Shown here in pieces: positions 60,803 through 64,000 of a stretch of DNA of 64,000 nucleotides. Where the stretch lies: the NCBI GenBank assembly GCA_030704615.1, contig CM060732.1:1178001-1242000 (forward strand), written 5' to 3'. Numbering within the stretch: position 1 is the stretch's first letter; each line of letters starts with the position of its first letter. A program made the position numbers and the translations under genes. This DNA is from Takakia lepidozioides. Its lineage: Eukaryota > Plantae > Bryophyta. Below the pieces are notes generated by a model. It was not told the DNA's origin and did not search any database. It saw only the letters and a list, made by a program, of their open reading frames with translations.

Positions 60803-63800
60803 GGACATCCGAGCACGTCTCCATGAGGGTTTGGATGAAAGCAGGGCTCCGGGTCCGGCTATACCGCCACGGTTTGCATGTCTTTGTGTCCTTCGGCATA
60901 CTGGAGTGGGGCACATAGTTGTAGAGGACATTGTAGGTTACAGGGTCCACAGTGGCATCAACAAGACGACCATCGTTGCGGAATTTGAACGTAGACCCTC
61001 TCTTCACAAAGCAATATGCCTCAAACACCAATGTCTGCACATCCAACAAAGAAGGGATCAACTCCAGGGTCTACTTAACATACACCACAATATGAACTGA
61101 ATGCAATAGATTGATAACTTACACTTTGGCCCTCTGTTCGCAACCCCTGTGTACTGATGCAGAACCATTTTCTGAGGAGGACCGGGGTGACACTTTTCGG
61201 TGTCCACCTTGCCACCGCATTCTCTGTGGTCTTCCTTCTCGTGGCAAGGACAACCACACATCCACCGTCATCCAGAAGCATCCCCGCCAGCCCAAACCCG
61301 GCTTTCCAGTAGTCCTCAGTAAACCTGTTCCAGGTGGGTACACCATCCAGGCCCTCCAGCAGCTCCCCATCTGGAATGTCGAGGAGAATCATGTCGCAAG
61401 CTCTCTCCACCTCAACCCCCCCCCGAGTGCTCTTGCAATCCGTGCTCACAGCCGTGAAGAATTCCATCATGGCTTCAAAACCAGGGGTGTCTTTAGGCTC
61501 TGTACCGCCAGCCCTCTTCTTGGCTTTCCCCTTCTGCTCCGCCAGAGACTTGCTGTGTGCCACCTTCTTCGCCCTGGCAGCGAGAGCGTCAAGGAAGCTC
61601 TCATTGACGCATTGGATGATGGTTGGAGGTTCTAGCTTTGGCCTGTGCGTAAACGTCACCGCCGAATACCGCCGTGTAGGCTCGCCCTCAAATGCCAACT
61701 TCTTGGCAGAGCCAGTCCCACTCCGAACTGACTTGGGAACCCGGACGACCGGTGACTGGGTAGGAGCAACAGCTAGGACCTTGAACAAAGTCGTTGTCCG
61801 AGTCACTCTCTTGGGTCCCCTCCTGTGCCTCCTCCGATGCCCCGATGGTTTTCTTCTTTTTGGGTGTTACTGCACTCACCTGTTTCCTTGTCTTTTTCCT
61901 TTGGCCTTTACTCTTCTCATGCAATTTCTCTTGAATTCCTGCCTGAGCAAGCTCTGCCGCTTTCCTGGAGTTCGCAAGCGCTTTTGCCTCTTTTGCACAC
62001 AACGGAGGCAGCGGAGCCCGGTTTCGTCGGAATTCAACATCCAGCTTCAATTGAAACTCGGATGGGTCGAGCGAGCCGGGCGGAAGGTCCACATACCAAG
62101 GGCAATCACGCAAATGTTCCAGATGCCACTCCTTCACAATATCGTCAATGTACATGGAGTCAGCCCCAGGGTTCCTCCATGCCAGGAAGAATGGTGGCTC
62201 GAAAGACAGATGACCTTTCTCCAAAAGGGAGAACTTGCAGTACCTGCATTCATGAAAAACACAATGAGGTCCCTGAAATGCATATTCGGCACCATTTTCC
62301 CAGGTTGGGGCGGATGTGAGTGGGCCTAGAAATGGAAAAATGGCGCCGAATTTCGGTTTTCGGTGACTGCCACCCTAGGGACTTAGCCATCTTGGGAGCC
62401 CTGAACTGGAAATTCGGCGCCATTTTTCCCGGTTTGGCCCGAAGATGGCTAAGTCCCAGAACCGCAATAGGGCCTAGAACAGGAAAAATGGCGCCGAATT
62501 TCCAGTTCAGGGCCAGCCACCCTAGGGACTTAGCCCGAAAATGGCTAAGTCCCTGAACGGCAATAGGGCCTAGAACTCGAAAAATGGCGAAGAATTTCCA
62601 GTTCAGGGCCAGCCACTCTAGGGACTTAGCCCGAAAATGGCTACGTCCCTGAACGGCAATAGGGTCTAGAACTGGAAAATGGCGCCGAATTTCCAGTTCA
62701 GGGCCAGCCAGTCTAGGGACTTAGCCCGAAAATGGCTAAGTCCCTGAACGGCAATAGGGCCTAGAACTGGAAAATGGCGCCGAATTTCCAGTTCCGGGCC
62801 AGCCAGTCTAGGGACTTAGCCCGAAAATGGCCAAGTCCCTGAACGGCAATAGGGCCTAGAACTGGAAAATGGCGCCGAATTTCCAGTTCAGGGCCAACCA
62901 GTCTAGGGACTTAGCCATTTTCGGAGCCCTGACTGGAAATTCGGCGCCATTTTCCCTAACACCACATGAGGCCTCTAACATCCTGAAATGCAAGGACTTG
63001 AAATAAAGGCAGCGCGTATGTACCTGTACAGAAGGCGCATTGCTGCTTTGTCCGCGTTCGGCTGGTCGGTGAACTCGTGGCTCCGGCGAGCATCTGCTAT
63101 CTCCCGAAAGAATAGGTTGGTTTTGTAGAGCAGAAAGCACCTCGTCACATAGTCGCGTAGGCTCTCTGCTGCAGGAGATATCTCCATCTTGAACTGATGT
63201 GCTTGTGTGTCCAGCTGCTCTTGCGCATTCGTCGTCACCTGTGGAGATTCTCCATCAGATCGCTTTCCTGAAAAAATACAATGAATCCACCCCCTACTAG
63301 AGTAGAAGCCCCAAACGAAGCGTGGGGAAGTACCTGAAACCACCATGTCATGCGGTTCATCCACATGTTGAATGTGGGGTCAGAGAGTTTGTCCGGTTTG
63401 GGGAAGCTCCACATGTCCCTGGTACTTTGGGAACCATTCCAGATTTGGAGCCACCAGGTCTGTCCAACCACCCAGCATATTCGTAAGCGCCAAACACCAC
63501 AAAAAGGAGTTGTTGCCACCACAATTTGGTTAAGAATGTATCACCTTTTCTGTTGCATCCACACAGGATGTGGCTAGACGATGGAGCTTCTCCAATGTCA
63601 TCGTGGGCTTCAGAGCGCGAGAGTAGTGCTTCCCCACCTCCACCAGAAAGTCGGCACCAAGGGCGGGATCAGCTATGGCCACGTACTTTACCATCCGCGA
63701 CTTATACTTTATGCGGGCCCTCACCTCCGCAGCTTTGACATACGATTCGAGTGCCGGGAGGGTTGGATTCTTCTCCTCTGACTCCATGTAGAACCTCTGC

Positions 63801-64000
63801 GCATGTGCCCCATGCCAGGAGGCGATGATTGCCATCCCACACGTAGAACATCTTACCGGACAAGTGCTGGAAAAGAGGATCACTAGCAATCGATCTCTCG
63901 AACTCCTCATTTCGCGTTTGCCAATGGGGACCCCATTTGTCCACCTCATCGGAAGTGTGGGCACGGGAAGCTCCGTGGTCGTTCTCAATGGAAACGTAAA
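60803..64000 (-). pseudogene. Spliced ParB-like plus beta-class DNA methyltransferase-like fusion gene (copy Y), 5' and middle exons
   Basis: KMFYVWDGNHRLLAW (~63815-63860). CDMILLDIPDG..W..EDYW......MLLDDGGCVVV, with DIPD at 61369-61380. RSPAFIQTLMETCSDV. GT-AG introns near 63543-63467, 63333-63268, 62979-62244 and 61121-61035. Confidence 0.72.
62330..62955. repeat. 95-bp double-hairpin tandem repeat inside an intron
   Basis: CTAGAAC recurs at 62666, 62761 and 62856. The unit holds GAACTGGAAAATGGCGCCGAATTTCCAGTTC and AGGGACTTAGCC..GGCTAAGTCCCT. Confidence 0.92.

Noticed and set aside
55000-64000. Bacterial or phage contamination as the source of ParB/MTase
   Set aside because: The genes have GT-AG introns and are interleaved with plant LTR and LINE elements.

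Overview
This is a eukaryotic, transposon-saturated plant window, probably a non-seed land plant (inferred from the chromovirus type, the PLS-type PPR fragments and the spliceosomal introns). It contains no intact host gene. 1-45.5 kb is a nest of two Ty3/Gypsy families: a non-chromovirus with extra 5' and 3' ORFs (3 large copies plus an LTR tip) and a chromodomain-bearing chromovirus (2 large copies plus a fragment). Mixed in are CACTA and LINE fragments, a PPR/OSB-PDF chimeric pseudogene, an eIF4A pseudogene fragment and a 500-N gap. The main finding is in 45.5-64 kb: several copies of what appears to be one Mutator-like (MULE) DNA transposon family. It has short G-rich TIRs, CATGAGC subterminal motifs and a DDE/CxxH/SWIM transposase. 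Its cargo is a spliced gene fusing a ParB/Srx-like domain (VWDGNHRL) to a prokaryote-type beta-class N4C/N6A DNA-methyltransferase fold (motif IV DIPD, then motif X/I ILDLTCGTG, then RHVFAFEPD). Arrays of DNA palindromes flank and interrupt this gene. The fusion is hidden in the ORF track because it is split by introns and by a ~6.9 kb inversion with TCCAA/TTGGA microhomology. All domain calls come from motif recognition by eye; no searches were run.
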